A DNA stretch of 64,000 bases. It comes from Dehalococcoidia bacterium. Lineage in GTDB: Bacteria; Chloroflexota; Dehalococcoidia; Bin125. Shown in pieces: positions 27,251-39,000 of this stretch. The notes below the pieces were generated by a model. The model did no database searches. It was not told the DNA's origin and saw only the letters and a program-made list of their open reading frames with translations. The first letter of the stretch is position 1. Every line of letters starts with the position of its first letter. The stretch is taken from assembly GCA_963662615.2 (NCBI GenBank), contig CAXXSR010000002.1, positions 128,001 to 192,000 of the forward strand, in the 5' to 3' direction. A program made the position numbers and the translations under genes.

Positions 27251-27901
27251 ATGGACCTGTACGAAGCATCGCGAATGTTGCAAGAGGTGCAGGAGAAGTA
27301 CTTGCGCTGGCGTGAGGCGCGGCGCGAACTCCTGGAATGGCCGGCCGACGAGCCCGTCACGGGGTGGCTGGCGGACGAATGTCGAGTGTTCGACTCCGCG
27401 GCGCCGTTGGAAAGTGGCACCGCGACGGCAATGCGGCTGGCGGCGATGGAGCCAGCCTTGAAAGAGCGCCTCACGGGTGCGCGCCGCGACGCCTGGTACG
27501 AGCAGGGCAAGACGCTGCGATTCGCCTTGGTGCTGCTGGAGAACCGGCTGTGCAGCGTGCGGGAAGAGCTGGAGGGGCTGGCGGAGGCGGATATCCCACT
27601 GACCCAGCGGCCGATGCAGTTGCTGGAAACGCAGATGGATTCGCTGCGCGCGAACCTGGCAGAGTGGGAATCGCGGCGGCGGCGGTCGACGGCGACCTGC
27701 AGCTTGGCGGAGCTGGAGCGGATGATCGCCGACCCCTACCACGCGGCGGACAAGGAGCACCTGGAGCGCGTGGCGGCGCGTGCTCGTGAGGCTGACCTGC
27801 CCCAAGCGGGAATCAGCATCCGCTTGGAGTGGGAGTCGGTATCGGGCGAGGTGCTGTCGGCGGAGATCGTGGCGGAGGACGCGGCCCGTCGGGCCGCGTG
27901 A
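27251..27901 (+). CDS. Hypothetical helical/coiled-coil protein
   Basis: GGGGAG RBS; 216-aa ORF filling the gyrA-rex gap; no family recognised. Confidence 0.65.
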   Translation: MDLYEASRMLQEVQEKYLRWREARRELLEWPADEPVTGWLADECRVFDSAAPLESGTATAMRLAAMEPALKERLTGARRDAWYEQGKTLRFALVLLENRLCSVREELEGLAEADIPLTQRPMQLLETQMDSLRANLAEWESRRRRSTATCSLAELERMIADPYHAADKEHLERVAARAREADLPQAGISIRLEWESVSGEVLSAEIVAEDAARRAA

Positions 27902-28044
27902 GGAGTCCGGCAGGAAGCAGGCGGGGCCAGTCAGGCCCTGCCCTCGGCGACCTTGGTTGGCGCCGCTTGCGCCCCTCTTTTCGATTCAAATCGACCGAAT
28001 CTTCTTCCGTTCTCGTTCGTACGAACTTGAGCCTACTGCGGGGA

Positions 28045-28062
28045 TTGTTAGGCTTTTCGCAG
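28045..28062 (+). promoter_or_regulatory. Putative Rex operator overlapping the rex -10 box
   Basis: TTGTTAGGCTTTTCGCAG, 10/14 to TTGTGAA-N4-TTCACAA; contains TGnTAGGCT. Confidence 0.5.
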
Positions 28063-28757
28063 TGTCCGAGCCCGTTGGCGGCGGATTGAAGCGGGACTCT
28101 CGCTTGGTTGGCGCTGATATCCCCGAAGTGGTGATCAACCGCCTGCCCGTGTACGCGCGGGCGCTCACCTTGCTGGCCGCGGAAGGGCGGGAGATTGTCA
28201 GCTCGCAGGAGCTGGGGCAAGCGTTGGGCGTGACCCCGGCGCAGATCCGCAAGGACCTCTCCTACTTCGGGCGCTTCGGCAAGCAGGGGCGGGGCTACAA
28301 CATTGGCTATCTGCTCGCGACCCTGCGGTCGATCCTGGGGTTGGAGCAGGAGTGGCGCATTGCGCTGGTGGGGGTCGGACGGCTGGGCCAAGCGATCATG
28401 AGCTATGGCGGCTTCGGCCCGCAGGGCTTTCTGGTCGTGAAGGCGTACGACACCCACCCGGAGATCATTGGGCGATCCCTTGCGAACGTGGTGGTCGAAG
28501 ACGTGGCGACGCTGCCGGCGTCGTTGCGAGCGGCGTCGGTGGACGTGGGAATCGTGGCGGTGCCGGCGGAGTTAGCGCAGGCGGTGATCGACATGTTGGT
28601 GGCGAGCGGGGTGCGAGCGATTCTGAACTACGCCCCGATCGCGGCGCGGGTGCCCGCAGGCGTCTACTTGCGCCAGATCGACCCGGTGCTGGCGCTGCAG
28701 AGCATGACTTATTTCCTCAAGAACGAAGGCGCCGGGGAGCGCGAGGCGAGCGGTTAG
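28062..28757 (+). CDS. rex: Redox-sensing transcriptional repressor Rex (start uncertain: GTG 28062 or TTG 28104)
   Basis: IPEVVINRLPVY, QIRKDLSYFG.FGKQGRGY, VGVGRLGQA, ILNYAP. Confidence 0.96.
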   Translation: MSEPVGGGLKRDSRLVGADIPEVVINRLPVYARALTLLAAEGREIVSSQELGQALGVTPAQIRKDLSYFGRFGKQGRGYNIGYLLATLRSILGLEQEWRIALVGVGRLGQAIMSYGGFGPQGFLVVKAYDTHPEIIGRSLANVVVEDVATLPASLRAASVDVGIVAVPAELAQAVIDMLVASGVRAILNYAPIAARVPAGVYLRQIDPVLALQSMTYFLKNEGAGEREASG

Positions 28758-29791
28758 AATTCGCCGACGCCGGCCAGGAGGCCGTCCTCCGAGGCGAGAT
28801 TCTGTCGGATCACGTCGATGTATTCCAAGGCCAGGCTGGCCCCTTGGGCAACGCACTCCAGCGGGTGCTCGGCCGCGTGACAGGGGACCCCGGTCTCTTC
28901 CGTTAAGAGCGTCTCCAGGTTGCGAAGGAGCGCGCCGCCGCCGGTGAGGACGATGCCGCGGTCGATCACGTCGGCGGCGAGTTCGGGCGGCGTTCTTTCC
29001 AGCACCCGCTTAATCACCTGGGCCACGGCGGCCAGCGGTTCTTGCAGGGCGTTGGCGATCTCGTTGGACGTGACCGTGATGGTACGGGGCATGCCGGAGA
29101 TCTGATCGCGCCCGCGGATCTGCGTACGCAGGGTCTCCTCAATGGGCAAGGCGGAGCCGATGGCGATCTTCAAGTCCTCCGCGGTGCGCTGTCCGATGAG
29201 GAGGTTGTGGCGCCGCTTGATGTAGGCCGTGATCGCCTCGTCGAAGTGGTCGCCCGCTACCTTCGCGGATTCCCATACGACCATGCCGTACATGGAGATC
29301 ACGGCGCCTTCGGTGCGGCCGCCGCCGATGTCGACGACGAGGTTGCCGCGGGGGGTGGCGACGGGAAGGCCCGCGCCAAGGGCCGCCGCCAGCGGCTCCG
29401 GCAGGAGGTGGGCGGGGCGGCGCGCGCCGGCGTGCTCGGCGGCGTCCCGGACGAAGCGTTGCTCCACGCTGGTGGCGCCGGCGGGCACGCTGATCATCAC
29501 CTCCGGCCGCACCAGCATGAAGCGGCTGGTCACCTTGCCGACGAAATAGCGCAGCATGGCCTCCACGATCAGGTAGTCGGCGATGGCGCCGTCGCGCAGG
29601 GGGCGGACGATGGTGATGGACTCGGGGTGGCGGCCGATCATGGCACGGGCATCGGCGCCGACCGCGACCACGTCGTTGTCGCGCCGGCCCACGGCGACGA
29701 CGGAGGGCTCGCTCAGGAGGACGCCTTTGCCCCGCACCGAGACGAGGATGTTGGCGGTCCCCAGGTCGATGCCGATCTTCTTGCCAAACAC
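28754..29791 (-). CDS. mreB: Rod shape-determining protein MreB/Mbl
   Basis: IGIDLGTAN, EPSVVA, RPLRDG, VDIGGG, TPPELAAD, LTGGGALL. Confidence 0.94.
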   Translation of the reverse strand: MFGKKIGIDLGTANILVSVRGKGVLLSEPSVVAVGRRDNDVVAVGADARAMIGRHPESITIVRPLRDGAIADYLIVEAMLRYFVGKVTSRFMLVRPEVMISVPAGATSVEQRFVRDAAEHAGARRPAHLLPEPLAAALGAGLPVATPRGNLVVDIGGGRTEGAVISMYGMVVWESAKVAGDHFDEAITAYIKRRHNLLIGQRTAEDLKIAIGSALPIEETLRTQIRGRDQISGMPRTITVTSNEIANALQEPLAAVAQVIKRVLERTPPELAADVIDRGIVLTGGGALLRNLETLLTEETGVPCHAAEHPLECVAQGASLALEYIDVIRQNLASEDGLLAGVGEF

Positions 29792-29916
29792 CTTCCGCGC
29801 CCTTCCTGATGCGCTTCGTCGAAAGCGGCCCGAGCAGCCAGCGTGGGACACCGTGTGACGCTGCTCGCAGTGTACCGGCCCGCGACGGGGCGCGGCGGGG
29901 CCGAGCTGCGCCCGGC

Positions 29917-31197
29917 TCAGCCGGCCGGCGCAGCCTCCATCACACGCGAGGCCTGCGCGCCCAGTTGCCGCAACTTGACGTCAAGGCCCTCATAGCCACG
30001 CTCCAGATGCGAGATGTCCACTAAGTCGGTCTCTCCCTCGGCGGCGAGCGCGGCCACCACCAGCGCCGCCGAGGCGCGGACATCCAGGCCGCGAACCACC
30101 GTCCCGCGCAGGGCCACGGGCCCCTGGACGATGGCGGTGGCGCCGGTGCTGATGATGCGCGCCCCCATCTTGCGCAGCTCCGCCACGTACTGGAGGCGGT
30201 TCTCAAAGACGCGCTCATGGACCACGCTGACCCCATCCGCCTGGGTCAGCAGGGTGGTCACGAGCGCCTGCAGGTCGGTCGCGAGGCCGGGGTAGGGCAC
30301 GGCCTGGATGTTGGTCGCAGTGAGCGGGCCGTTGGCGCGGATGGTGACGCCGTCCTCGCGTTCGCTGACGTCCACGCCGATCTCGCGGAGCTTGAAGAGG
30401 AGCGCGTCCATGTGACGCGGATTGGCGCCTTGCAGGTGGACGTCGCCGCCGGTGATCGCCGCGGCGACGGCGAAGGTGCCGGCTTCAATGCGGTCGGGGA
30501 TGAGTTCATGGGTGACGCCATGGAGCGCGGCGACGCCGTCGATCTCGATGGTGTGCGTTCCGGCTCCGGTGACACAGGCGCCCATGCCGGTGAGCATGCG
30601 CGCGAGGCAGACCACCTCCGGCTCGGCGGCGGCGTTGACGATGGTGGTGCGGCCCTCCGCCAGGACGGCAGCTAAGAGGACGTTCTCCGTCCCCAGCACG
30701 CTGGGATACTCCAGCACGATGCGGCTGCCACGCAGCCGGGGAGCGGAGGCGACGAAGCGGCCACCCTCCGTGCGGACGTCGGCGCCCAAGCCAACGAAGC
30801 CGCGCAAATGCACATCCAACGGGCGCTGGCCGATGATGTCGCCGCCCGGCGCGGCACAGGCGCCGCGACCGAAGCGGGCCAGGAGGGGACCCATGACTAA
30901 GAAGGAGGCGCGTTGATTGACGACGAGCCGGTCCGGTGCGCTGTGCGCCAGCTCGTGCTCGGCGTGCACGGACGCCGTGTGCGCGTGGGTGTCGATGTCC
31001 ACGTCGGCGCCGAGGGCGCGGAGGATGCTGGCGAAGAGGTCCACGTCCTCAATGCTGGGGACGTTACGAATGAAGCAAGGCTCACTGGTGAGGAGGGCGG
31101 CGGCGAGGCAGGGCATGGCGGCATTCTTGGCCCCGCTGATGGAGACGACCCCGTGGAGCCGGGAGCCGCCGCGAATGCGATAGAGAGGCTCGCTCAC
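29917..31197 (-). CDS. murA: UDP-N-acetylglucosamine 1-carboxyvinyltransferase
   Basis: GAKNAA, RAS, GGDIIGQRP, NAAAEPE, PDRIEAGT, YPGLATDLQ, HLERGY. Confidence 0.96.
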   Translation of the reverse strand: MSEPLYRIRGGSRLHGVVSISGAKNAAMPCLAAALLTSEPCFIRNVPSIEDVDLFASILRALGADVDIDTHAHTASVHAEHELAHSAPDRLVVNQRASFLVMGPLLARFGRGACAAPGGDIIGQRPLDVHLRGFVGLGADVRTEGGRFVASAPRLRGSRIVLEYPSVLGTENVLLAAVLAEGRTTIVNAAAEPEVVCLARMLTGMGACVTGAGTHTIEIDGVAALHGVTHELIPDRIEAGTFAVAAAITGGDVHLQGANPRHMDALLFKLREIGVDVSEREDGVTIRANGPLTATNIQAVPYPGLATDLQALVTTLLTQADGVSVVHERVFENRLQYVAELRKMGARIISTGATAIVQGPVALRGTVVRGLDVRASAALVVAALAAEGETDLVDISHLERGYEGLDVKLRQLGAQASRVMEAAPAG

Positions 31198-31291
31198 CGG
31201 GGCACTTCGTTCCGGGCCGCCACCCGCATAGGTTCAGCCTAGGCAGGGGCCGGAGGAGGGACAAGCAGCGCCCGGGTGAAGGGGCAGAGCG

Positions 31292-31738
31292 CTACTCCGC
31301 GCCGCCACGGCCGGCGGGCAGATCGGCGCGGCCGCGGCGACGGCGGCGGGCCACGCGCAGGCGCACCAGGGAGCGGTGCAGGGAGGCCTCGGCGCGGGCG
31401 CGGTCCACCGTCTGTTCGCCGCGCAGGTGCGCCTCGGCGCGGGCGCGGGCGGCCTCAGCCCGCTCCAGGTCGATCTCGTCGCCCCGCTCAGCGGCGTCGG
31501 CGAGGACGGTGACGATGTCGTCGCGGACTTCCAGGAAGCCGCCGCTGATGAAGAAGGGCCGCTCCTCATTGTCCTTCTTCACGCGCAGCTCGCCGGCCTG
31601 GAGGCTGGTGACGAGGGGGGCGTGGTGGGGCAGGATCCCGAGCTCGCCGATGGCGCCCGGCGCCACGACCTCGTCAACGTCTTCCTCGCGCAGGAGGAGG
31701 CGCTCGCCGGTGACGATCTCCAGGGTGAGCTTGGGCAC
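31292..31738 (-). CDS. atpC: ATP synthase epsilon subunit
   Basis: LEIVT, GELGILPHHAPL, ISGGFLEV, VLADAAE. Confidence 0.96.
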   Translation of the reverse strand: MPKLTLEIVTGERLLLREEDVDEVVAPGAIGELGILPHHAPLVTSLQAGELRVKKDNEERPFFISGGFLEVRDDIVTVLADAAERGDEIDLERAEAARARAEAHLRGEQTVDRARAEASLHRSLVRLRVARRRRRGRADLPAGRGGAE

Positions 31739-31764
31739 GTCCCGCTCCGCCGGCGCGGCCGCCG

Positions 31765-33177
<1,413 letters not shown>

Positions 33178-33236
33178 TCACCTCATTTTCGCCGGCAGGT
33201 TTGCGCCGTCAGGTTGCCGCCGCCGGGTTTGCGCCG

Positions 33237-33434
33237 TCAGTGGCGCTGCTCCGGTCCGTAGGGTACGCCCTCGCCGCAGATGGGCCCAGCAGATGCGGGC
33301 TGCGGTCCGCTCGGCTGGGCGGCGGGGATCGATTGGGCGGCGGCGAAGTGGAGGGGTTCACCGTTGACGAGGACACTGTCGGCGAGGACACCGTCAACGA
33401 GGACACCGTCGAGGTCGCAGAGAAGGGCGGACAC
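33237..33434 (-). pseudogene. Truncated HAD-phosphatase relic inside the atp operon
   Basis: ALLCDLDGVLVD..GEPLHFAA matches HAD motif I; interrupted by a 15-bp x3 repeat; only 65 codons. Confidence 0.6.
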
Positions 33435-33437
33435 GGC

Positions 33438-34322
33438 CTACCCGACCAGGGCCTCGACGCCGCCGACGATGTCGAGGAGATCCGAGGTGACCTGCTCTTG
33501 GCGCGCCTTGTTGTAGGCCAAGGTGAGATCCTCCACCATCTCGTTGGCGGCGTCGGTGGCGTTGCGCATGGCGACCATGCGGGCGGACTGCTCGCTGGCG
33601 GCGGCCTCCAGGACGGCGTGGTAGATCTGCATCTCCACGTAGCGGGGCAAGAGCGCGGCGAGCACGTCTTGGGGGCTGGGCTCGAAGATGTAGTCCACTT
33701 CGCGCGCGGGGCGGTCGGTCGCCTGGGGCGCCTCCACGGGCAGGATCTGGATGCTGACGGGGCGCTGCTGCACGGTGCTGACGAAGGCGCCATAGACGAC
33801 CAGGACCCGATCAACATCGCCGCGGATGTAGTCGTCCATGGCGAGGCGCGCGATGGGGCGGGTGTCGGCGAGGCTGGGGTAGTCGCCGAGGCGCTGAAAT
33901 TCGCCGCGGAAGGGCACGTTGAAGCGGCGAAAGTAGTCCAACCCTTTGCGACCGACGGGAATCATGGAGACCTCGCCGCTGCGCTCGGGGCCCAGGACGA
34001 TCTCGCCGGCGCGGCGCTGGAGGTTGGAGACGAGGCCGCCGGTGAGGCCGCGATCCGGCGTGATCAAGATGAGGGTGGTCTCCTGAATCTCACGGCGCTC
34101 CAGGAGCGGATGGAGGGGGGCGTCGCTGTCGCCGTCGCGGGTGGCGACGCCGGCTAGGTTGGCGAGGACGGTGCGCATGCGCTCGGCGTAGGGGCGCGCC
34201 GCCTGGGCGCGCTCCTGCGCGCGGCGCATCTTGGAGGCCGACACCAACTGGACGGCATTGGTGATCTTGGCCGTGTTGCGGACGGAGCGGATTCGCCGCC
34301 GGATCTCGCGCGTGTTGGGCAT
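33438..34322 (-). CDS. atpG: ATP synthase gamma subunit
   Basis: KITNAVQLVSASK, DRGLTGG, SEQSARMVAMRNATDAA, YNKARQ. Confidence 0.97.
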   Translation of the reverse strand: MPNTREIRRRIRSVRNTAKITNAVQLVSASKMRRAQERAQAARPYAERMRTVLANLAGVATRDGDSDAPLHPLLERREIQETTLILITPDRGLTGGLVSNLQRRAGEIVLGPERSGEVSMIPVGRKGLDYFRRFNVPFRGEFQRLGDYPSLADTRPIARLAMDDYIRGDVDRVLVVYGAFVSTVQQRPVSIQILPVEAPQATDRPAREVDYIFEPSPQDVLAALLPRYVEMQIYHAVLEAAASEQSARMVAMRNATDAANEMVEDLTLAYNKARQEQVTSDLLDIVGGVEALVG

Positions 34323-34351
34323 GCCGCGACGCCTAGCTCCTCACCCGGGTC

Positions 34352-35881
34352 CTAGAAGGGGACGGTGTCCTTGAAGGTCTTCAGCGCCTCTCGAAGCGAC
34401 TCCGCGGTGGCGTCATCCAGGTCGCCGCTGGTGCGAATCGCTTCGAGGGGCTCGGGACGGCTGCTGCCCAAGAACTCGCGCAGGGCCGCGCTGAAATCCG
34501 AGATCTTGTTGACGGCGACGTCGTCCAGGAAGCCTTCATTGGCGGCGAAGAGCATGACGGCTTGCTCCGCCATGGGGATCGGTGCGTTCTCCGGCTGCAC
34601 CAAGAGGCGGCTGAGCCGCTGGCCACGGTTGAGCTGGCGGCGGGTGGCGGCGTCCAGGTCGCTGGTGCCGAACTGGGCGAAGGCCTGGAGTTCGCGATAC
34701 TGGGCCATGTCCAAGCGCAACTGGCCGGCGACCCGGCGCATGGCGGGGCGCTGGGCGGCGCCGCCGACGCGACTGACGGAGATGCCCGAGTTGATCGCCG
34801 GCCGCTGGCCGGCGTTGAAGAGGTCGGTCTCCAGGAAGATCTGGCCGTCGGTGATGGAGATGACGTTGGTGGGGATGTAGGCGGAGACGTCACCCGCTTG
34901 CGTCTCGATGATGGGCAGCGCGGTGATGGATCCGCCGCCGTGGTCATCGTTGAGCTTGGCGGCGCGCTCCAGGAGGCGGGAGTGGAGGTAGAAGACGTCG
35001 CCGGGGTAGGCTTCGCGCCCCGGCGGGCGGCGCAGCAGCAGGGAGATCTGGCGATAGGCCCAGGCGTGCTTGCTGAGGTCGTCGTAGACGATGAGGACGT
35101 CTTTGCCCTGCTCCATGAAGTATTCGGCCATGGCGACGCCGGCGTAGGGCGCCAGGTACTGCTGGGCGGCGGACTCGGCCGAGGAGGCGTTGACGACGAT
35201 GGTGTGGTCCATGGCGCCGTGTTCCTCGAGCGTGGCGACGACCATGGCGATCTTCGCCTGCTTCTGGCCAATGGCCACGTAGACGCAGAGGAGGTCCTGC
35301 CCTTTCTGGTTGATCATGGTGTCCACGGCGAGAGCCGTCTTGCCGGTCTGGCGGTCGCCGATGATGAGTTCACGCTGGCCGCGGCCGATGGGGATCTGCG
35401 CATCGATGGCGAGGACGCCGGTCTGCACGGGCGTGTTGACCGGCGCGCGCGCGACGACGTTGGGGGCGATGCGCTCCAGCGGCCGCCGCTCCGCGATGTT
35501 GATCGCCCCTTTGCCGTCAATGGACTCGCCGAGGGCGCTGACAACCCGGCCGATCAGAGCGTCGCCGACCGGGACCTCGGCCACGCGCCCGGTGGAGCGG
35601 ACCTCGTCGCCCTCTTCGATGGGGCGGAAGTCGCCGATGATGACGGAGCCGACGATCTCCTCTTCCAGGTTGAGGACCATGCCCATGACGGGGCGGCCGG
35701 CGGCGTCGGTGCGGGAGAACTCCAGGAGCTCGCCGGCCAGAGCGCCGCCGAGCCCGTAGATGCGGGCGATGCCGTCTCCCGCTTGGACCACGGTGCCAGT
35801 CTCGGCCGCGACCACGGCGGTGTCGAAGCCTTCGATCTGGCGGCGGATGATGGAGGCGATCTCTTCCGGTCGAACGGCCAT
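34352..35881 (-). CDS. atpA: ATP synthase alpha subunit
   Basis: [39 protein letters not shown]. Confidence 0.98.
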   Translation of the reverse strand: MAVRPEEIASIIRRQIEGFDTAVVAAETGTVVQAGDGIARIYGLGGALAGELLEFSRTDAAGRPVMGMVLNLEEEIVGSVIIGDFRPIEEGDEVRSTGRVAEVPVGDALIGRVVSALGESIDGKGAINIAERRPLERIAPNVVARAPVNTPVQTGVLAIDAQIPIGRGQRELIIGDRQTGKTALAVDTMINQKGQDLLCVYVAIGQKQAKIAMVVATLEEHGAMDHTIVVNASSAESAAQQYLAPYAGVAMAEYFMEQGKDVLIVYDDLSKHAWAYRQISLLLRRPPGREAYPGDVFYLHSRLLERAAKLNDDHGGGSITALPIIETQAGDVSAYIPTNVISITDGQIFLETDLFNAGQRPAINSGISVSRVGGAAQRPAMRRVAGQLRLDMAQYRELQAFAQFGTSDLDAATRRQLNRGQRLSRLLVQPENAPIPMAEQAVMLFAANEGFLDDVAVNKISDFSAALREFLGSSRPEPLEAIRTSGDLDDATAESLREALKTFKDTVPF

Positions 35882-35895
35882 GGCGCGTTCCCCTT

Positions 35896-36432
35896 CTAGC
35901 TGGCGATGCTGCGCTTGAGCGTTGCCAAGCGCGTCCGCACGCTGCCGTCCACGACCCGATCGCCAATCTGCACAAGGGCGCCGCCCAGGATCTCCTGGTT
36001 GACGGCCTCCTCCAGACGGACCTCGCCGGCGCCGGTAGAGCGGCGGATGGCGTCGACGATGGTGGCGCGGCCCTGGTCGGTCAGCGGCGTGGCGGTCGTG
36101 ACGCGTGCCACGGCAACGCCGCGGGCGACGTTGCAGAGCTCGTCGAAGGCGAGGGCGATCTCGCCGGCGATGCGAGTGCGGCCCTTGCGGACGAGCAGCT
36201 TGGCGAGGCTGACGGCCTTGGCGTCGGCGTTGGGCAGCGCCTGTTCCAGCACCTCGAATTTGCGGCCCGCCTCCACCTTGCTGCTCTGGAGAAACTGCGC
36301 CACGGTGGGCTCCGCCATCAGCGCTGCGAGCGAGGCCAGGTCGTCCTGCCAGCGCTCCAGGGCGTCCTCGTCGCGCGCGATGGCGAAGACGGCCTGGGCG
36401 TAGCGCTTGGCGGCGACATCACGGACCGGCAC
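35896..36432 (-). CDS. atpH: ATP synthase delta subunit
   Basis: [31 protein letters not shown]. Confidence 0.95.
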   Translation of the reverse strand: MPVRDVAAKRYAQAVFAIARDEDALERWQDDLASLAALMAEPTVAQFLQSSKVEAGRKFEVLEQALPNADAKAVSLAKLLVRKGRTRIAGEIALAFDELCNVARGVAVARVTTATPLTDQGRATIVDAIRRSTGAGEVRLEEAVNQEILGGALVQIGDRVVDGSVRTRLATLKRSIAS

Positions 36433-36483
36433 GAGGCTGCCTCTTTTCTGCCATTAGGCGCGGCGGTTTTAGGCGCACTGGCT

Positions 36484-36990
36484 TTAGGCGCGCCGGCCGT
36501 CGCCGAAGGAGGACTCGGCGAGGACCTCGTCTAGGAGGCGCTCGTGGTCGGCGCGATCGAGCGAGCGGCCGATGACCCGTTCGGCGGCGTTGATGGTGAG
36601 GTCGGCAAACTCCGCGCGCAACAGCAGCAGGGCAACGTCTCGCTCCTGTTGGATCTCCTGACGTGCGCGCTCCAGCAGGCGCTCGGCGTCCTGCTGGGCG
36701 GCCTCGCGGCTGTCGCGCTGGACACGCTCGGCGATCTGCTGCGCCTGCGCCACGAGGGCCTGGCCCTCTTCGCGGCCGCGCTGGAGGGCGGCCTCCGCTT
36801 CGGCGGCGGCGGTGGTGGCCGCGGCCTGCGCGCGTTCGGAGGCTTTGAGGCCCTCTTCAATGCGGCGGCGGCGTTCGTCCAGGACGCGTCGGAGTGGTTT
36901 GTGCAGGAAGATCCAGAGGATTGCCAGCAAGACGCCGAAGTTCACGAACTGCGTGATCAAGCCGGGGAGGTTGATGCCAAGGCCTTCCAT
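36484..36990 (-). CDS. atpF: ATP synthase subunit b
   Basis: QFVNFGVLLAIL..KPL..LDERR..I, coiled coil, AAERVI. Confidence 0.95.
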   Translation of the reverse strand: MEGLGINLPGLITQFVNFGVLLAILWIFLHKPLRRVLDERRRRIEEGLKASERAQAAATTAAAEAEAALQRGREEGQALVAQAQQIAERVQRDSREAAQQDAERLLERARQEIQQERDVALLLLRAEFADLTINAAERVIGRSLDRADHERLLDEVLAESSFGDGRRA

Positions 36991-37087
36991 CGCATCACTC
37001 CTTTCACCCCTGCCGCCGTCTCTGTTACCGCCTAGGCCCGCTGCGGCGGAGGCGGGGCCGGGGGGTCGCTCGCAAGCGGCCGCGTCG

Positions 37088-37411
<324 letters not shown>

Positions 37412-37422
37412 TCAGTAGGCCG

Positions 37423-38970
37423 CTAGGCGCCGCCCTCTAACTCTTCTTCATGCGGTTCCTCGTGCTCACCGTGGGAGACGGCCGTTACCGCGAACACGAG
37501 CGTGAGCATGGCAAAGACGAATGCCTGGATGAAGCCAACGAAGACTTCGAAGCCGTAGAAGACCGTCGCCACGAGGAAGGGCACCAGAAAGGCGGACATG
37601 AACAATACGATCTCTCCCGCAAGGATGTTGCCGAAGAGACGAAAGGTAAAGGAGACCACGCGGGCGAGTTCCGAGATGATCTCCAGGAAGCCCACGAAGG
37701 CGCCAATGGGCCCCTTGACCACGGCGGCTGACCCGACGCCCACGAAGCGACCGAAATTGGTGCGCAACCCCAGGCTTTGCACGCCCCAGAGCTGGACAAA
37801 GATGACCGCCCAGAGGGCCACGGCGAGCGTGAGGTTCAAGTCCGTGGCGATGGCACGGAAGAAGGGGAAGATCGCGCCGATGCCTTCCCCGGCGTCCAGC
37901 CCCTTCTGCTGGCGCTTGAGCACGATGCCAAGATGCGCGGTGTTGACGGTGATGGGCGCCTCAAGCTCGCCCGCATCGATGTTGGCGGGACGGTTCTCAA
38001 GGCCGGCGGATGCTGAACTGTCATAGAGACGGGCTCTCGCCGATGCAGCGTCCGCGTTGGTCGGCAGGATCACCCGCTCCACGAACGGGTCGTAGTCGAA
38101 GCCTTCGGCGCGGAGGGGGATGATGTTGACGCCGCCGCTGTTGATGACGGCGCCTTCCAACTCCGTCTCGCCTACCTCACTCGACGGCAGCGGCAGGTTG
38201 AGCGCAATCAGTTCTTCGATTTCGGCCTCGGCGATGCCGGCACGGCGGAGCCGTTCCTCAATGGCCCCTGGCAGGGCGCCGGCGGGCGTGTCCTGCGCGA
38301 TCGGGTTGGCGGCGAACTGCGCCCGAACGGCGGCGATGATTGGTTCCTCGCTGTCACCACGCAGCGCCTCCTCAATGAGCTTGTTGGCCTCTTTCTGGTC
38401 GTGCGCCGCAACGGGGATGTGGCCAAGAAAGGCCGCGCCGAAGGCGTCGTTGACGTCGGCGATGTAGGTAGTGCTAATCGACCCTTGTGGGAGGTCGTGG
38501 AGGAAATCTTCGGCGTCCTCCTCCAACTCTTCGAGATACTCGGCGCGGACGTCTTCGATCTTGCCAATGGCGTTGTTCCAGGGGAACAGGCCGAACCAGT
38601 TGCCAAAGAGGAGAAAGATGAAGATCGTGGCGACGACGGGGAAGAAGCGGCGTCCGTTCTTCTCGCCGGCGATCAGCGTGACGACGTCGGAGAACGCCTC
38701 CAGCAACGCTTCAATGACGTTCTGGAAGCCGCGGGGGACGAGGGCCTCCTCTACGTGGCGGAGCCGCCGATAGAGGATGAAGGTCAGGATGGCCATGAGG
38801 ACGATGACGACCCAGGCGGAGAGGATGGTGTTGGTGATGCTGTAGCCGCCGAGGTCAACGATCTCTTCCGCGGCGATGGAGATGACGGGAGTGGGCGCTT
38901 TGATCAGAAGGAAGCCGATGACGATGAAGGCGAGGGTGGCCGCGATGATGCCGTTGCGCCGACTGAACAC
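37423..38970 (-). CDS. atpB: ATP synthase subunit a with a large internal insertion
   Basis: PRGFQN, GNWFGLFP, TDLN, SFTFRLFGNILAGE (essential Arg), VGFIQAFVFAMLT; 515 aa. Confidence 0.93.
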   Translation of the reverse strand: MFSRRNGIIAATLAFIVIGFLLIKAPTPVISIAAEEIVDLGGYSITNTILSAWVVIVLMAILTFILYRRLRHVEEALVPRGFQNVIEALLEAFSDVVTLIAGEKNGRRFFPVVATIFIFLLFGNWFGLFPWNNAIGKIEDVRAEYLEELEEDAEDFLHDLPQGSISTTYIADVNDAFGAAFLGHIPVAAHDQKEANKLIEEALRGDSEEPIIAAVRAQFAANPIAQDTPAGALPGAIEERLRRAGIAEAEIEELIALNLPLPSSEVGETELEGAVINSGGVNIIPLRAEGFDYDPFVERVILPTNADAASARARLYDSSASAGLENRPANIDAGELEAPITVNTAHLGIVLKRQQKGLDAGEGIGAIFPFFRAIATDLNLTLAVALWAVIFVQLWGVQSLGLRTNFGRFVGVGSAAVVKGPIGAFVGFLEIISELARVVSFTFRLFGNILAGEIVLFMSAFLVPFLVATVFYGFEVFVGFIQAFVFAMLTLVFAVTAVSHGEHEEPHEEELEGGA

Positions 38971-39000
38971 GAGTTCAATCCCCCGCTTGGTCCCGCCCCG

